A stretch of DNA of 64,000 nucleotides from an uncultured Gemmatimonadales bacterium (GCA_963793305.1 CAWBZV010000005.1:1536001-1600000), one strand, 5' to 3'. Shown: positions 30,172 through 43,507, counted from the stretch's first letter. The notes: a model not told the origin generated them from the letters alone. A program made the numbers and translations.

Positions 30172-30629
30172 AGATCCTGTTCGTGTGCACGGGCAACACG
30201 TGTCGGAGTCCCATGTCCGCGGCGATCGCTCGGCGCATCGCCAACGAGCGTGGGCTCGGGGAGAGCGTCATCGAGAGCGCCGGCACGAGCGCGTGGGACG
30301 GCCAGCCCGCGTCGGACGGCGCGCTGCTGGTGGGCTTGGAGCGCCAGCTCGATCTCAACGAGCACCGATCCCGGACGATCACGCCCGCGCTCGTCGAATC
30401 CCAGGACCTGATTCTCACGATGGGGCCGCACCATCGCGACCAGGTCGAAAGCATGGGCGGCGCCGGCAAGACCTTTTTGCTCTCGTCGTATGCCTCGCAC
30501 GGCGCCGACGACCGGCCGATCAGCGATCCGTTCGGCGGCGATCTGGAGACGTATCGCACGACGGCCGACGAGCTCGAGGCGGCTATCCGCAAGGTCATCG
30601 ATCGCGTCGCCGCGGAGCGGGCTCGCTGA
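30168..30629 (+). CDS. Low-molecular-weight protein phosphatase, YwlE-like (probable arginine phosphatase)
   Basis: FVCTGNTCRSPM and ISDPFGG. Confidence 0.88.
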   Translation: MKILFVCTGNTCRSPMSAAIARRIANERGLGESVIESAGTSAWDGQPASDGALLVGLERQLDLNEHRSRTITPALVESQDLILTMGPHHRDQVESMGGAGKTFLLSSYASHGADDRPISDPFGGDLETYRTTADELEAAIRKVIDRVAAERAR

Positions 30630-31480
30630 GAGCTCAGCCTCGCCGCTTGGTGTTGTTGGGCCATCCCGTGGCCCATTCGCTCTCACCACGCTTTCAGTCC
30701 GCGGCCCTTCGCGCGGCTGGCCTCGATGTCGCGTACACCGCTCTCGATGTCACCCCGGACGCACTGACGGAGACGCTGCGGCAACTGGTCACCGAAAGTG
30801 CCGCCGGCAACGTGACCGTTCCGCACAAGGAAAACGCGCTGCGACTCTGCGACCGCCTGACACCAGTCGCCGAACGAGTCGGAGCCGTGAATACGTTCTG
30901 GGTCGACGGCGAAACCCTCGTGGGCGACAATACAGACGTTGGCGGCTTTGCCGCCGCGTGCAATTCGTCTGTCGCACCCGGGGGGCGCGTCGCATTGTTC
31001 GGCGCGGGCGGCGCGGCCGCGGCGGTCTTGACGGCCATCGCCGAGTGGCCCGGGGTCAATGTCCGTATCTGGAATCGGGGAGCCGAGCGGGCCCGCCTGC
31101 TCGCGGCGCGGTTCGGCGCGCGGGCAGCGGTGACGCCAGAAGAGGCGTTGGACCGTTCGTCCCTCGTCGTGAATGCGACATCGATCGGACTGGACGGGGT
31201 ATCGCAGCCGATCAATGTCGCACGCCTCCCACAGGGGGCCGACGTGATTGATCTCGTCTACGGCCCAAACGAGACCGCCTGGGTCCGCGCCGCTCGTGCC
31301 GCCGGCCACCGGGCGATGGATGGGCTCGGGATGCTGATCGAGCAGGGCGCCCTTGCCTTCGAGCGCTGGTTCGGTATGGCGCCCGATCGCGACGCTATGT
31401 GGCGTGCGGCGGCCCCGGATCGCAATAGATTTACCCGGTATCAAGTAACCGACCCGGAACCTCCACCCCCACCTCCGTGA
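30626..31480 (+). CDS. aroE: Shikimate dehydrogenase
   Basis: GHPVAHSLSP, NVTVPHK, AVNT, NTD, GAGGAA, GLGMLIEQG. Start uncertain (CTG 30626 or TTG 30647). Confidence 0.93.
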   Translation: MRAQPRRLVLLGHPVAHSLSPRFQSAALRAAGLDVAYTALDVTPDALTETLRQLVTESAAGNVTVPHKENALRLCDRLTPVAERVGAVNTFWVDGETLVGDNTDVGGFAAACNSSVAPGGRVALFGAGGAAAAVLTAIAEWPGVNVRIWNRGAERARLLAARFGARAAVTPEEALDRSSLVVNATSIGLDGVSQPINVARLPQGADVIDLVYGPNETAWVRAARAAGHRAMDGLGMLIEQGALAFERWFGMAPDRDAMWRAAAPDRNRFTRYQVTDPEPPPPPP

Positions 31481-32490
31481 CCACTCGCGTCGGCATCAAC
31501 GGCTTCGGCCGCATCGGCCGCCAGGTGCTACGGGCCGCGAAGCAACAAGGGGTCGCCGACCTCGAATTCGTCGCCGTCAACGACCTGACCGATACGAAAA
31601 CGCTGGCCCATCTGTTCACGTATGACTCCGTGCACCGGACGTATCAGGGCACGGTATCCGCCGAGAGCGACGCGATCTGCGTCGACGGCGAGCGCATCCG
31701 GATCTTCGCGGAAAAGGATCCCGGGAAGCTCCCATGGAAGGACTTGAAGGTGGACGTGGTGCTCGAGTCCACGGGCCGCTTCACCAACGCCCCCGACGCC
31801 CGGAAGCACATCGACGCCGGCGCCAAGAAGGTCATTATCTCGGCGCCCGCCAAGGGCGAAGACATCACGCTCGTGATGGGCGTCAACAGCGACAAGTATG
31901 ACGCCAAATCGCACCACATCCTCTCGAACGCGTCCTGCACCACGAACTGCCTCGTGCCCATGGTGAAAGTCGTCCGCGACGCATTCGGGTTCAAGCACGG
32001 ATCCATGGTGACGATCCACAGCTACACGAACGACCAGGTCATTCTCGATTTCCCGCACAAGGATCTGCGCCGCGCCCGCGCGGCGGCGATGTCGATGATC
32101 CCGACGACGACCGGCGCCGCCAAGGCGACGGGCCTCGTCATCCCGGAGGTGAAGGGGAAGATCGACGGGATCTCGATCCGCGTGCCGACCCCTGACGTCT
32201 CCCTGGTCGAGCTGGTCGCCGAGGTCGAGCGTCCGACGACCATCGACGCCGTCAACTCGGCCTTCAAGGCCGCGAGCGAATCCGGTCCACTGGAGGGCTT
32301 CCTGGCGTACTCCGATCTGGAGCTCGTGTCCACCGACTACATCGGCGACGCCCACTCCTGTACACTCGACGCGAAGAGCACGAACGTCATCGACGGCACC
32401 CTCGTCAAGCTCTCCGGCTGGTATGACAACGAGTGGGGCTACGCCTCGCGTTGCGTCGACCTCCTCCGTTTTGTTGGCGCACGCCTATGA
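31477..32490 (+). CDS. gap: Glyceraldehyde-3-phosphate dehydrogenase
   Basis: GINGFGRIGR, ASCTTNC, WYDNEWG. Confidence 0.98.
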   Translation: MTTRVGINGFGRIGRQVLRAAKQQGVADLEFVAVNDLTDTKTLAHLFTYDSVHRTYQGTVSAESDAICVDGERIRIFAEKDPGKLPWKDLKVDVVLESTGRFTNAPDARKHIDAGAKKVIISAPAKGEDITLVMGVNSDKYDAKSHHILSNASCTTNCLVPMVKVVRDAFGFKHGSMVTIHSYTNDQVILDFPHKDLRRARAAAMSMIPTTTGAAKATGLVIPEVKGKIDGISIRVPTPDVSLVELVAEVERPTTIDAVNSAFKAASESGPLEGFLAYSDLELVSTDYIGDAHSCTLDAKSTNVIDGTLVKLSGWYDNEWGYASRCVDLLRFVGARL

Positions 32491-33698
32491 CGACGGCGAC
32501 GGTAAAGAAGGCGAGCGTTCGTCAGTTGACCGACGCCCAGCTGCGGGGCGCCCGGGCGCTCGTGCGCGTGGACTTCAACGTGCCGCTCGACGATCGCGGG
32601 CACGTCATGGACGACACGCGGATGCGCGCGGCGGTTCCCACCATCGAATACCTGGTGCAACACGGTGCGCGCGTCGTGTTGCTCTCTCACTTGGGCCGGC
32701 CCAAGGGTCGCCCCGAGCCGCAGTATTCTCTCGGTCCGGTTGCGCGCCACTTGCGCGAATTGATCCCGCACAAAGTCGTGTTCAGTGATTCGGTCGACTT
32801 TCCCACGTTGGTCAAGGCCTCCAGGGCACTGACGGACGCCTCGCCGATTCTCCTGGTCGAGAACACGCGCTTTTTTCCGGGCGAAGAGAAAAACGATGAC
32901 GCGCTGGCCGGAGAGTTCGCTCAACTCGGCGACCTGTTCGTCAACGACGCGTTCGGCGCTGCCCACCGGGCGCACGCGTCAACGGAAGGCGTCGCCCGCC
33001 ATCTTCGTCCCGCGGTTGCCGGATTCCTCTTGGAGCGCGAACTGGATTATCTCGGCCGCGCGCTCAGCGATCCGCCGCGTCCATTCGTGGCGATTTTGGG
33101 CGGCGCCAAGATCTCAGGCAAGATTGATGTCATTGAAGCGCTGCTTCCCAAGGTGGATGGCCTCCTCATTGGCGGCGCCATGGCCTCGACGTTCTACCGC
33201 GCCATGGGACTGGAGACGGGCACGTCACTCGTTGAAACGGACCGGATCGGCATGGCCAAGCAGCTGCTCGATCGCGCCGGTGCGCGACTCACGCTGCCGC
33301 ATGATGTGGTCGTCGCCCCATCGCTCGATGCGCCGTCTCACGTCGTCAAGCGTGACGCGATCGCCAAGAACGAGGCCGTATACGACATCGGCCCCGCGAC
33401 GGCCGCGTCGTTTGGTCGTGCCATCAATACCGCCAAGACCGTGTTGTGGAACGGCCCGATGGGCGTGTTCGAAAAGCCGCCGTTCGACACGGGTACGATC
33501 GCGGTTGCCGAAGCCATGGCCAAGGCCACGGATCGCGGCGCGACCACGATTCTCGGCGGTGGTGACTCGGCCGCCGCGGTGATACAGGCGGGCCTGGACG
33601 ACCGGATGACGCACGTGTCGACCGGTGGCGGGGCATCGCTCGAGTATCTCGAAGGGAAGGTGCTGCCGGGCGTCGCTGCCCTCGACGACGCCGCATAA
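32487..33698 (+). CDS. pgk: Phosphoglycerate kinase
   Basis: RVDFNVP, NDAFGAAHRAHAS, WNGPMGVFE, STGGGAS. Confidence 0.98.
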   Translation: MTTATVKKASVRQLTDAQLRGARALVRVDFNVPLDDRGHVMDDTRMRAAVPTIEYLVQHGARVVLLSHLGRPKGRPEPQYSLGPVARHLRELIPHKVVFSDSVDFPTLVKASRALTDASPILLVENTRFFPGEEKNDDALAGEFAQLGDLFVNDAFGAAHRAHASTEGVARHLRPAVAGFLLERELDYLGRALSDPPRPFVAILGGAKISGKIDVIEALLPKVDGLLIGGAMASTFYRAMGLETGTSLVETDRIGMAKQLLDRAGARLTLPHDVVVAPSLDAPSHVVKRDAIAKNEAVYDIGPATAASFGRAINTAKTVLWNGPMGVFEKPPFDTGTIAVAEAMAKATDRGATTILGGGDSAAAVIQAGLDDRMTHVSTGGGASLEYLEGKVLPGVAALDDAA

Positions 33699-34448
33699 GT
33701 GCGAAGAGTCTTCGCGGCCAATTGGAAGATGCACCACGGTCCCGGGAGCGCCCGCACCTACATGCGGGTGTTTTTGGAGACGTATGTGCCGCAACCCGAT
33801 CATACCATCATCTTCGCCCCGCCGGCCGCGTCGCTCCAAGCCGTCATGGGTTCGGTCGAAGGCCGGCCGGATGTCTTAGTCGCGGCGCAGAATATTTATT
33901 GGGAAGAGAAGGGCGCCTACACCGGCGAGATGTCGGCAGAGATCGCGCGCGAGGCCGGTGCGCGGATGACGCTTGTTGGACATAGCGAACGCCGTCGCAA
34001 GTTCGGCGAGACCGACGCCGAAACGGCGAAGAAATGCGCCGCCGCGGTGCGGGCGGGACTCGTGCCGATCCTCTGTGTCGGCGAGACGGATGACGAACGC
34101 CGCACCGGTCGGACATCGGATGTCGTCGCGCGTCAGCTCCGCACGGGCGTCGTGGAGCTCACGCCCGATACGATCGCGCAGATGTGCATCGCCTACGAGC
34201 CCGTGTGGGCGATCGGGACCGGTCGGAACGCGACGCCCGAGGACGCCGCGCTGATGCACGGATTCGTGCGCGCGTTGCTCGGGGAGCTCACGGGCGGGCG
34301 AGCGGCCGACGTGCCGATCCTGTATGGCGGCAGCGTCACCGCGAAGAATGCCGGCGAGCTTCTCGCCGCCACCGATGTCGACGGGCTCCTCGTCGGCGGC
34401 GCGAGCCTCGACCCCGCCACGTGGGCCGAGATCTGCCGGGCTCCTTGA
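33699..34448 (+). CDS. tpiA: Triosephosphate isomerase
   Basis: ANWKM, GHSERR, AYEPVWAIGTG, LVGGASL. Confidence 0.98.
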   Translation: MRRVFAANWKMHHGPGSARTYMRVFLETYVPQPDHTIIFAPPAASLQAVMGSVEGRPDVLVAAQNIYWEEKGAYTGEMSAEIAREAGARMTLVGHSERRRKFGETDAETAKKCAAAVRAGLVPILCVGETDDERRTGRTSDVVARQLRTGVVELTPDTIAQMCIAYEPVWAIGTGRNATPEDAALMHGFVRALLGELTGGRAADVPILYGGSVTAKNAGELLAATDVDGLLVGGASLDPATWAEICRAP

Positions 34449-34487
34449 CGTAGACCCGCAAATCACGAGATATTCAAGACTTAGCCT

Positions 34488-34859
34488 ATGTATACGTTCC
34501 TTCTGATTGTTCTGATCCTCGACAGTGGCGTGCTGATCGCCGCCATTCTGTTGCAGAGCGGGAAGGGTGGTGGCGTTGCCGCGAGCTTTGGCGGCGTCAG
34601 CTCTTCGACGGACGCGTTCATCGGGACGCGACAAGCGGGAAACTTGCTGACGACCGTGAGCTGGTGGGCGGGCGGCATCTTCCTGGGCCTGTCGTTCATT
34701 CTGCAGCTCATGTCGACGCACGCGCGTCAACCGGCGTCGGTGCTCGACAAGACGTTCGGTCGCCCAGCGCCAACGGCTCCCGCGCCAGCCCAGTCCGCCC
34801 CGGCCGTCCCATTGCAACCGACGCAGCCGGCACAACCCGCGACGCCGCCGAAGAAGTGA
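34488..34859 (+). CDS. secG: Preprotein translocase subunit SecG
   Basis: [15 protein letters not shown], two TM helices, follows tpiA. Confidence 0.93.
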   Translation: MYTFLLIVLILDSGVLIAAILLQSGKGGGVAASFGGVSSSTDAFIGTRQAGNLLTTVSWWAGGIFLGLSFILQLMSTHARQPASVLDKTFGRPAPTAPAPAQSAPAVPLQPTQPAQPATPPKK

Positions 34860-35965
34860 GCGCTGGCTTTCTGCTACTCGAAGACGGCTCGGTCTACACG
34901 GGCCGTCTTCGCACACCAGCGCCGGAAGCGGTCGCCGAAGTCGTCTTCACCACGAACATGACGGGGTATCAGGAGGTCTTCAGCGACCCCTCGTACTCCG
35001 GCCAGATCGTCGTGATGACGGCGCCGCAGATCGGCAACTATGGCGTGAACTTGGAAGACCCGGAATCGGCCAACTCGACCCCACAGGTTGCCGGCGTAGT
35101 TGTCCGCGAGCTGTCGCCCACGTACTCAAATTGGCGCGCTACGGGGTCGCTGATCGACTGGCTCGACTCCGCCCAAATCCCGGTGTTGAGTGATATCGAC
35201 ACGCGAAAACTCACGCGTCACCTGAGATCGCAAGGTGTGATGCGAGGAGTCATTGGCGCGGGCTCTACCCCCAGCGACTCCGTCCGCTCGGCCGTCCTCT
35301 CCTGTCCCTCAATGGAGGGCCTGGACCTCGCCAGCGTCGTATCGACCAAGCACCCGTACACCTGGGGCAACGCGGCTGCGTCGCTCCATATCGTCGCGTA
35401 CGACTACGGCATAAAGAAGAACATTCTGCGTCTGTTCGAGGCGCACGATGCCCGCGTCACGGTGATCCCGGCAGCGACCCCAGCAGAGGCCGTCCTGGAG
35501 ATGGAGCCGGATGGGGTATTTCTGGCAAATGGTCCAGGAGACCCAGCGGCGGTGGAGTACGCCCCAAAGGCTATCCGGGCCATAACCGAGAGCGGGATGC
35601 CGACGTTCGGGATATGCCTTGGCCACCAATTGCTGGGGCTAACGTACGGCGCCGAGACGTATAAGCTGCCGTACGGCCACCACGGCGGAAACCATCCAGT
35701 CAGAGAAGTCGACACGGGCGAGGTGACGATCACCTCGCAGAATCACGGGTTCGCCGTCCGTGGCTCCGAGGCTGAGATTCCGGGCGCCCCGGCGCTCCGT
35801 GTGACGCATGTCAATCTCAACGATCATAGTATAGAAGGACTTAGGCATCGCGAGCTGCCAGTGTTCGCTGTGCAGTATCACCCTGAGGCAGCTCCGGGCC
35901 CGCACGACGCTCGACCCCTGTTCGATGTGTTCATAAGAGCCTGCAAGCGGCTTGACTTGGAATAG
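34856..35965 (+). CDS. carA: Carbamoyl-phosphate synthase small subunit
   Basis: LLLEDG, GYQE..SDPSY.GQ, NGPGDP, GICLGHQ, QYHPEA. GTGA overlap with secG. Confidence 0.96.
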   Translation: MSAGFLLLEDGSVYTGRLRTPAPEAVAEVVFTTNMTGYQEVFSDPSYSGQIVVMTAPQIGNYGVNLEDPESANSTPQVAGVVVRELSPTYSNWRATGSLIDWLDSAQIPVLSDIDTRKLTRHLRSQGVMRGVIGAGSTPSDSVRSAVLSCPSMEGLDLASVVSTKHPYTWGNAAASLHIVAYDYGIKKNILRLFEAHDARVTVIPAATPAEAVLEMEPDGVFLANGPGDPAAVEYAPKAIRAITESGMPTFGICLGHQLLGLTYGAETYKLPYGHHGGNHPVREVDTGEVTITSQNHGFAVRGSEAEIPGAPALRVTHVNLNDHSIEGLRHRELPVFAVQYHPEAAPGPHDARPLFDVFIRACKRLDLE

Positions 35966-35980
35966 GTAAAGTCCTATCGT
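35952..35980 (+). promoter_or_regulatory. Sigma70-like promoter of the IHF/HU gene
   Basis: TTGACT, 17 bp, TATCGT. Confidence 0.65.
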
Positions 35981-36025
35981 TGTGGGAGTTAGGGTGGCAG
36001 GTGTCTCATATGCTGGGGTCTACGG

Positions 36026-36346
36026 ATGACCAAAGCTGACCTGGTCGAGCACGTCACGACCCATATTGCGCAGACGGCTGGGCCGATGATCTCGAAGAAG
36101 GACTGTGCCCGCGTGGTCGACTCGTTCCTCGACGCGATCAAGATGGCGTTGCAGGAGCAGCGGAACATCGAGGTGCGAGGCTTCGGCACATTCAAGATCC
36201 GCCAGCGGAAAACTCGCATGGCGAGAAATCCGCGCACTGGTGCACCGGTGGAAGTGTCAGCGCGTCCGGTGCCGGTGTTCAAGCCGTCGAAGGAGTTACG
36301 CGCGATGGTCGCGCAAGTTGACATCTCCGAACTATCAGAAGCCTGA
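36026..36346 (+). CDS. HU/IHF family DNA-binding protein
   Basis: MTKADLV, IEVRGFGTF, ARNPRTG, FKPSKEL. Confidence 0.95.
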   Translation: MTKADLVEHVTTHIAQTAGPMISKKDCARVVDSFLDAIKMALQEQRNIEVRGFGTFKIRQRKTRMARNPRTGAPVEVSARPVPVFKPSKELRAMVAQVDISELSEA

Positions 36347-36365
36347 TTGTTTTTCCGCGAACCGT

Positions 36366-36406
36366 AGGCCCTCGCGAACGCTATGTTTCGCGAGGGCTTT
36401 TTATTT
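36366..36406 (+). terminator. Intrinsic terminator
   Basis: GCCCTCGCGAA/TTCGCGAGGGC 11-bp stem followed by TTTTTATTT. Confidence 0.85.
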
Positions 36407-36407
36407 C

Positions 36408-36650
36408 ATGACAGTCACCGTGCTGCTCTTCGCCGCGTTCGCTGACGCATTCGGCCGTTCCTCGATCGAGGTGACCGTCGACCAAGGTGCGACTGTGGGC
36501 GACATCGTGGATCAGTTGAGCGCGCTCGCCCCGTCCGATCGTCTCCCGCCACGTCCGCTCGCGGCGGTAAACGCCGAGTATGCCGAGTACGATGTGCGGC
36601 TCAATCCAGGCGATGAAGTGGCGTTGATTCCACCGGTGGCCGGGGGATGA
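36408..36650 (+). CDS. moaD: Molybdopterin synthase sulfur carrier
   Basis: VLLFA, AVN.EY, C-terminal IPPVAGG. Confidence 0.92.
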   Translation: MTVTVLLFAAFADAFGRSSIEVTVDQGATVGDIVDQLSALAPSDRLPPRPLAAVNAEYAEYDVRLNPGDEVALIPPVAGG

Positions 36651-37096
36651 TCCGCGCCGGGCTCGTGTCGCGTCCGATCGACGTCAACGGCCTCATAGCT
36701 GAGGTCGCCGATATCACGACCGGCGCCACCGCGGTCTTCGCCGGTACCGTGCGGGATGTAAACGAGGGCCGCGCCGTAAGTGGGATCGAGTACACGGCAT
36801 ACACCACGATGGCCGAGCGCGAGCTGCTCCACATCGCGCAGGAAGCGGCGCGTCAATTCTCTCCGCTCAGCGTTGTCGTCGAGCACCGCGTCGGATCGCT
36901 CGAGCTGGGGGACGTGAGCGTGGGGATCGCAACGTCGCACGCGCATCGCGGCCCCGCGATCGACGGCATGCGTTTCGTGATCGAGGAGATCAAGCGGCGC
37001 GTGCCGATCTGGAAGCGCGAGCTGTACGCGGACGGGACGCGGGAGTGGATTGACCCGAGGAACGGCTCGTCGCTGCAAGTGGAGGACGCACCGTGA
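36647..37096 (+). CDS. moaE: Molybdopterin synthase catalytic subunit
   Basis: GA.AVFAGTVR, HRVG.L, IK.RVPIWKRE. Confidence 0.94.
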   Translation: MIRAGLVSRPIDVNGLIAEVADITTGATAVFAGTVRDVNEGRAVSGIEYTAYTTMAERELLHIAQEAARQFSPLSVVVEHRVGSLELGDVSVGIATSHAHRGPAIDGMRFVIEEIKRRVPIWKRELYADGTREWIDPRNGSSLQVEDAP

Positions 37097-38061
37097 CAGT
37101 CCACGATCAATTCGGCCGCCGGATCGAATATCTCCGGATCTCCGTCACGGACCGGTGCAACTTTCGTTGCCTGTATTGCATGCCGGTGGAAGGGCTCGAG
37201 TGGCTGCCCAAGTCGGAGATCTTGAGCTACGAGGAGATCACCGAAGTCGTTCGGCAACTCGCGCCACTCGGCCTCACCCGCTTGCGGCTCACGGGTGGCG
37301 AGCCGACGATCCGACCTGATCTCCCGGTCTTGATCCGCTCGCTGCGCGCGATCCCGGAGATCAGTGACCTCGCGCTGTCGACGAACGGGATCAAGCTCCC
37401 GGAATTGGCGCCATCGTTCCGGGCCGCGGGGCTCGATCGCGTGAACATGAGCGCCGACAGCCTGCGTCGCGATCGCATTGCCGCGATCGCCCGCCGCAAT
37501 ATCGCGTTCAACCCCGTCGCGTCAGCGCTGGCTGCCGAACGCGCCGGACTCGACCCCATCAAGCTCAACGTCGTCGTGATGCGTGGCATCAACGATGACG
37601 AGATCGAGGACTTCGCGGCGCTCACACTCGATCACCCGTGGCACGTTCGCTTCATCGAGCTGATGCCGGTCGGTGACATGCGCGAGTTGACCTGGGACCA
37701 TGTCGTTCCCAGCGATGAGATCCTCGCCCGCCTGGGGCCCCTGGTGCCGACCGATGGCCCGGCGCGCGGCAACGGACCAGCGGCCTACTATCGTTTGCCG
37801 GGTGCGAGAGGAACGATTGGTGTCATCACACCGATGACCCACACGTATTGCGCGGCGTGCAATCGCGTTAGGCTGACCGCCGATGGCCGACTGCGAACGT
37901 GTTTGTTCGGCGACCACGAGGTGAACCTGCGCGACCCGCTGCGTCGCGGCGAATCACTCGTGCCCTACGTGTTACGTGCGTTGGCCGAGAAGCCCGAAGC
38001 GCACGGACTCCTGCAAATGCAAGTGGGCGGGCTGCGCGCGCTCTCCCAGGTCGGCGGCTGA
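37093..38061 (+). CDS. moaA: GTP 3',8-cyclase
   Basis: RISVTDRCNFRCLYC, CAACNRVRLT, C-terminal GG. Confidence 0.96.
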   Translation: MTVHDQFGRRIEYLRISVTDRCNFRCLYCMPVEGLEWLPKSEILSYEEITEVVRQLAPLGLTRLRLTGGEPTIRPDLPVLIRSLRAIPEISDLALSTNGIKLPELAPSFRAAGLDRVNMSADSLRRDRIAAIARRNIAFNPVASALAAERAGLDPIKLNVVVMRGINDDEIEDFAALTLDHPWHVRFIELMPVGDMRELTWDHVVPSDEILARLGPLVPTDGPARGNGPAAYYRLPGARGTIGVITPMTHTYCAACNRVRLTADGRLRTCLFGDHEVNLRDPLRRGESLVPYVLRALAEKPEAHGLLQMQVGGLRALSQVGG

Positions 38062-38069
38062 TCGCTTAG

Positions 38070-39016
<947 letters not shown>

Positions 39017-39017
<1 letters not shown>

Positions 39018-39660
39018 TGCAGTTTTGGCGCTCGACTCTCGGTAAGAAAATCGTGATGGCCGTGACGGGGCTGATCATGATCGGCTTCGTCGTCGGCCAC
39101 CTCGCTGGCAACCTGCTCGTCTTCGCCGGTCGTGATCGCATCAACGCCTACTCGGCGTTCCTGCACTCGACGGGCGAAGTTCTGTGGGCCGTTCGCATTG
39201 TCTTGCTTCTCGCGGTCCTCCTGCACATCACGGCCGCCTATCAGCTCACGGTCATTGACCGCGCGGCGCGGCCGGTGGGTTACGCCAAGCACCAATACGA
39301 GGCCGCGACGCTCGCCTCGCGCACCATTCGGTGGGGCGGGGTGATTGTGTTGGTGTTTGTCGTCTATCACCTGCTGCACATGACGTTGGGCACGGTGCAT
39401 CCGTCGTTCACGCCGCACAACGTCTATCACAACCTGATTGCCGGGCTCTCGGTCTGGTACGTGGCGGCGTTTTATGTCGTCGCCATGATCGCCTTGGGTC
39501 TGCACTTGTATCACGGTACCTGGAGCTCGCTGAGAACGTTGGGCGTAGAGCAGCCAGCGAACGAACCATTGCGCCGCAGGCGCATAGTGTGGTTGTTCGC
39601 GGTTCTCATCGCATTGGGTTTCGCGTCGATCCCGTTGGCCATCGTGATGGGACTCGTCCG

Positions 39661-39664
<4 letters not shown>
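39017..39664 (+). CDS. sdhC: Succinate dehydrogenase cytochrome b subunit
   Basis: KKIVMAVTG, conserved heme His residues, five TM segments. Confidence 0.92.
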
Positions 39665-41585
<1,921 letters not shown>

Positions 41586-41586
<1 letters not shown>

Positions 41587-42437
41587 TGGACGTTACGCTT
41601 CACGTTTGGCGCCAAACGGCCACGGGCCAACCAGGCCGGCTGGTAGAGTATCCGGCGACGGGGATTAGCAGCGATGCCTCGTTCCTCGAGATGCTCGACA
41701 TCGTCAACCACGGCCTGATCGAGCGCGGCGAAGACCCGATCGCCTTCAGCCACGACTGCCGCGAGGGGATCTGCGGCTCGTGCTCCCTCATGATCAACGG
41801 CGAGGCGCACGGCCCGATGCGCGGCACGGCGACCTGCCAGCTCCACATGCGCATGTTCAAGACGGGCGATCATATCACGATCGAACCGTGGCGCTCCGTC
41901 GCGTTCCCAGTCATTAAAGACCTGGTAACCGATCGCCGCTCCTTGGATCGCATTATCCAGGCTGGCGGTTACATCACCGAGAACACGGGTGGCGCACGCG
42001 ACGCGAACGCCATCCTCGTCCCTAAGCACGACGCCGACGCCGCCATGGACGCCGCCGCCTGCATTGGCTGTGGCGCCTGCGTCGCCGCGTGCCCCAACGG
42101 CTCGGCGTCACTGTTCACCGCGGCGAAGATCGGCCATCTCGGGTTCCTCCCACAGGGCCAGCCGGAGCGCTATCGCCGCGTGCTCAGCATGGTCGCCCAG
42201 ATGGACGCCGAGCACTTCGGCGGTTGCACGCTCCATGGCGAGTGCCAGGAGGCGTGCCCCAAGTCGATCAGCATCGGCGTGATCTCGCGCATGAACCGCG
42301 ACTATATCCGCGCGACCCTCACCCAACGCGAGGAGCCCGGCGAAGCCGGGATCGGTCCAACCGACCCAGTCGAGCAGCGCGGCAGCGCTGCGTCGACGCG
42401 CGGCGGAGCCGCGCGCGAGGTCGCGGGGGTGGGATGA
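41586..42437 (+). CDS. sdhB: Succinate dehydrogenase iron-sulfur subunit
   Basis: [33 protein letters not shown]. Confidence 0.96.
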
Positions 42438-42538
42438 CGCGACCGCCGCAACCGCCTTGGACGGCATTCGAGTGGCTCGAATGGCTGCTCGTGCTCGCCG
42501 CCGTTCTCTTCGCGATCGGTTTCGGACTCCTGCGCTGA
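42434..42538 (+). CDS. 34-aa single-TM small protein (candidate)
   Basis: [38 protein letters not shown] overlap with the sdhB stop. Confidence 0.45.
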   Translation: MTRPPQPPWTAFEWLEWLLVLAAVLFAIGFGLLR

Positions 42539-42548
42539 GCGCTGCCCA

Positions 42549-43400
42549 CTGAGCGCGATCCTCATCGCCCTCATCGCCGCCGTCTCCTACGGGGTCGGCG
42601 ACTTCCTCGGCGGCCTCGGCACCCGGCGAGCCTCGTGGCTCCCGGTGACGATCTACGCCGAGATCATCGGCTGCATTCCGCTCGGTATCGCGACGGCGCT
42701 CCTCTCGCATCCCACGTTCGACGCCAACACGGCGTGGGGCGCTGCCGCGGGTGTTGTCGGAGCGGCAGGCATCGGCCTCCTGTATCGCGGGCTCGGCTCG
42801 GGAACGATGAGCGTCGTCGCGCCGATCACCGCCGTCTGCGCGACCGCGCTCCCGGTGCTCGCCGGTCTCGCGTTCGGCGAACGTCCCCCACTCCAAGCCT
42901 TCGTCGGCATCGGCATCGCCATCGCGGCAATCGTCCTGATCAGCCAAGCGCACGATAAGCCCGTGATTGCCCGCACCACGCTCTCGCTTCGCGGCAGCAT
43001 TCTGACCGCGCTCGCGTCGGGCATATGCATATCGGCGTTCCTGATCCTCATTTCTCGCGCCAAAAGCGGGGGGCTGTGGCCGCTGTTCGTGTCACGTCTC
43101 GTCGCCACTGGCGCTCTCTCTTTGCTGGCATTCGCCAGACGTCGCCCACAGCTGCCGCCGCGCGAGGTTCGATCAACGGCCGCGTGGTGCGGCGTGTTCG
43201 ACGCCGGCGCGACGATCGGCCTCGTCCTGGCCCTGAGTCGCGGCACCCTCGGCATCACGGCAACGTTGATCTCGCTCTATCCCGCCGCGACCTTGATCCT
43301 CGCCCGCTTCGTCCTCGGCGAACGCCTGCGCCGTCGCCAGCTGCTGGGCCTCGCCTGCGCCCTCGCCGCCGTCGTCCTGATCACGACCGCAACGTCTTGA
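42549..43400 (+). CDS. EamA/DMT family transporter
   Basis: AVSYGVGDFLGG, MSVVAPI, SLYPA, VLGERL. The frame extends upstream of the ORF-track start to CTG 42549. Confidence 0.88.
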   Translation: MSAILIALIAAVSYGVGDFLGGLGTRRASWLPVTIYAEIIGCIPLGIATALLSHPTFDANTAWGAAAGVVGAAGIGLLYRGLGSGTMSVVAPITAVCATALPVLAGLAFGERPPLQAFVGIGIAIAAIVLISQAHDKPVIARTTLSLRGSILTALASGICISAFLILISRAKSGGLWPLFVSRLVATGALSLLAFARRRPQLPPREVRSTAAWCGVFDAGATIGLVLALSRGTLGITATLISLYPAATLILARFVLGERLRRRQLLGLACALAAVVLITTATS

Positions 43401-43429
43401 GCAGCGCCAATGAGCCTCGGCTCGGCGCA

Positions 43430-43489
43430 GGACGACATATCGGCGCAGTGATCTGCTGTACCGAACATCACGGAGCCGATATGTCGTCC
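43430..43489. repeat. 60-bp intergenic inverted repeat
   Basis: GGACGACATATCGGC (43430-43444) and GCCGATATGTCGTCC (43475-43489) are perfect 15-bp arms, with inner GTGAT/ATCAC. Confidence 0.85.
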
Positions 43490-43507
43490 GAAGCTACGCG
43501 CGGACGC

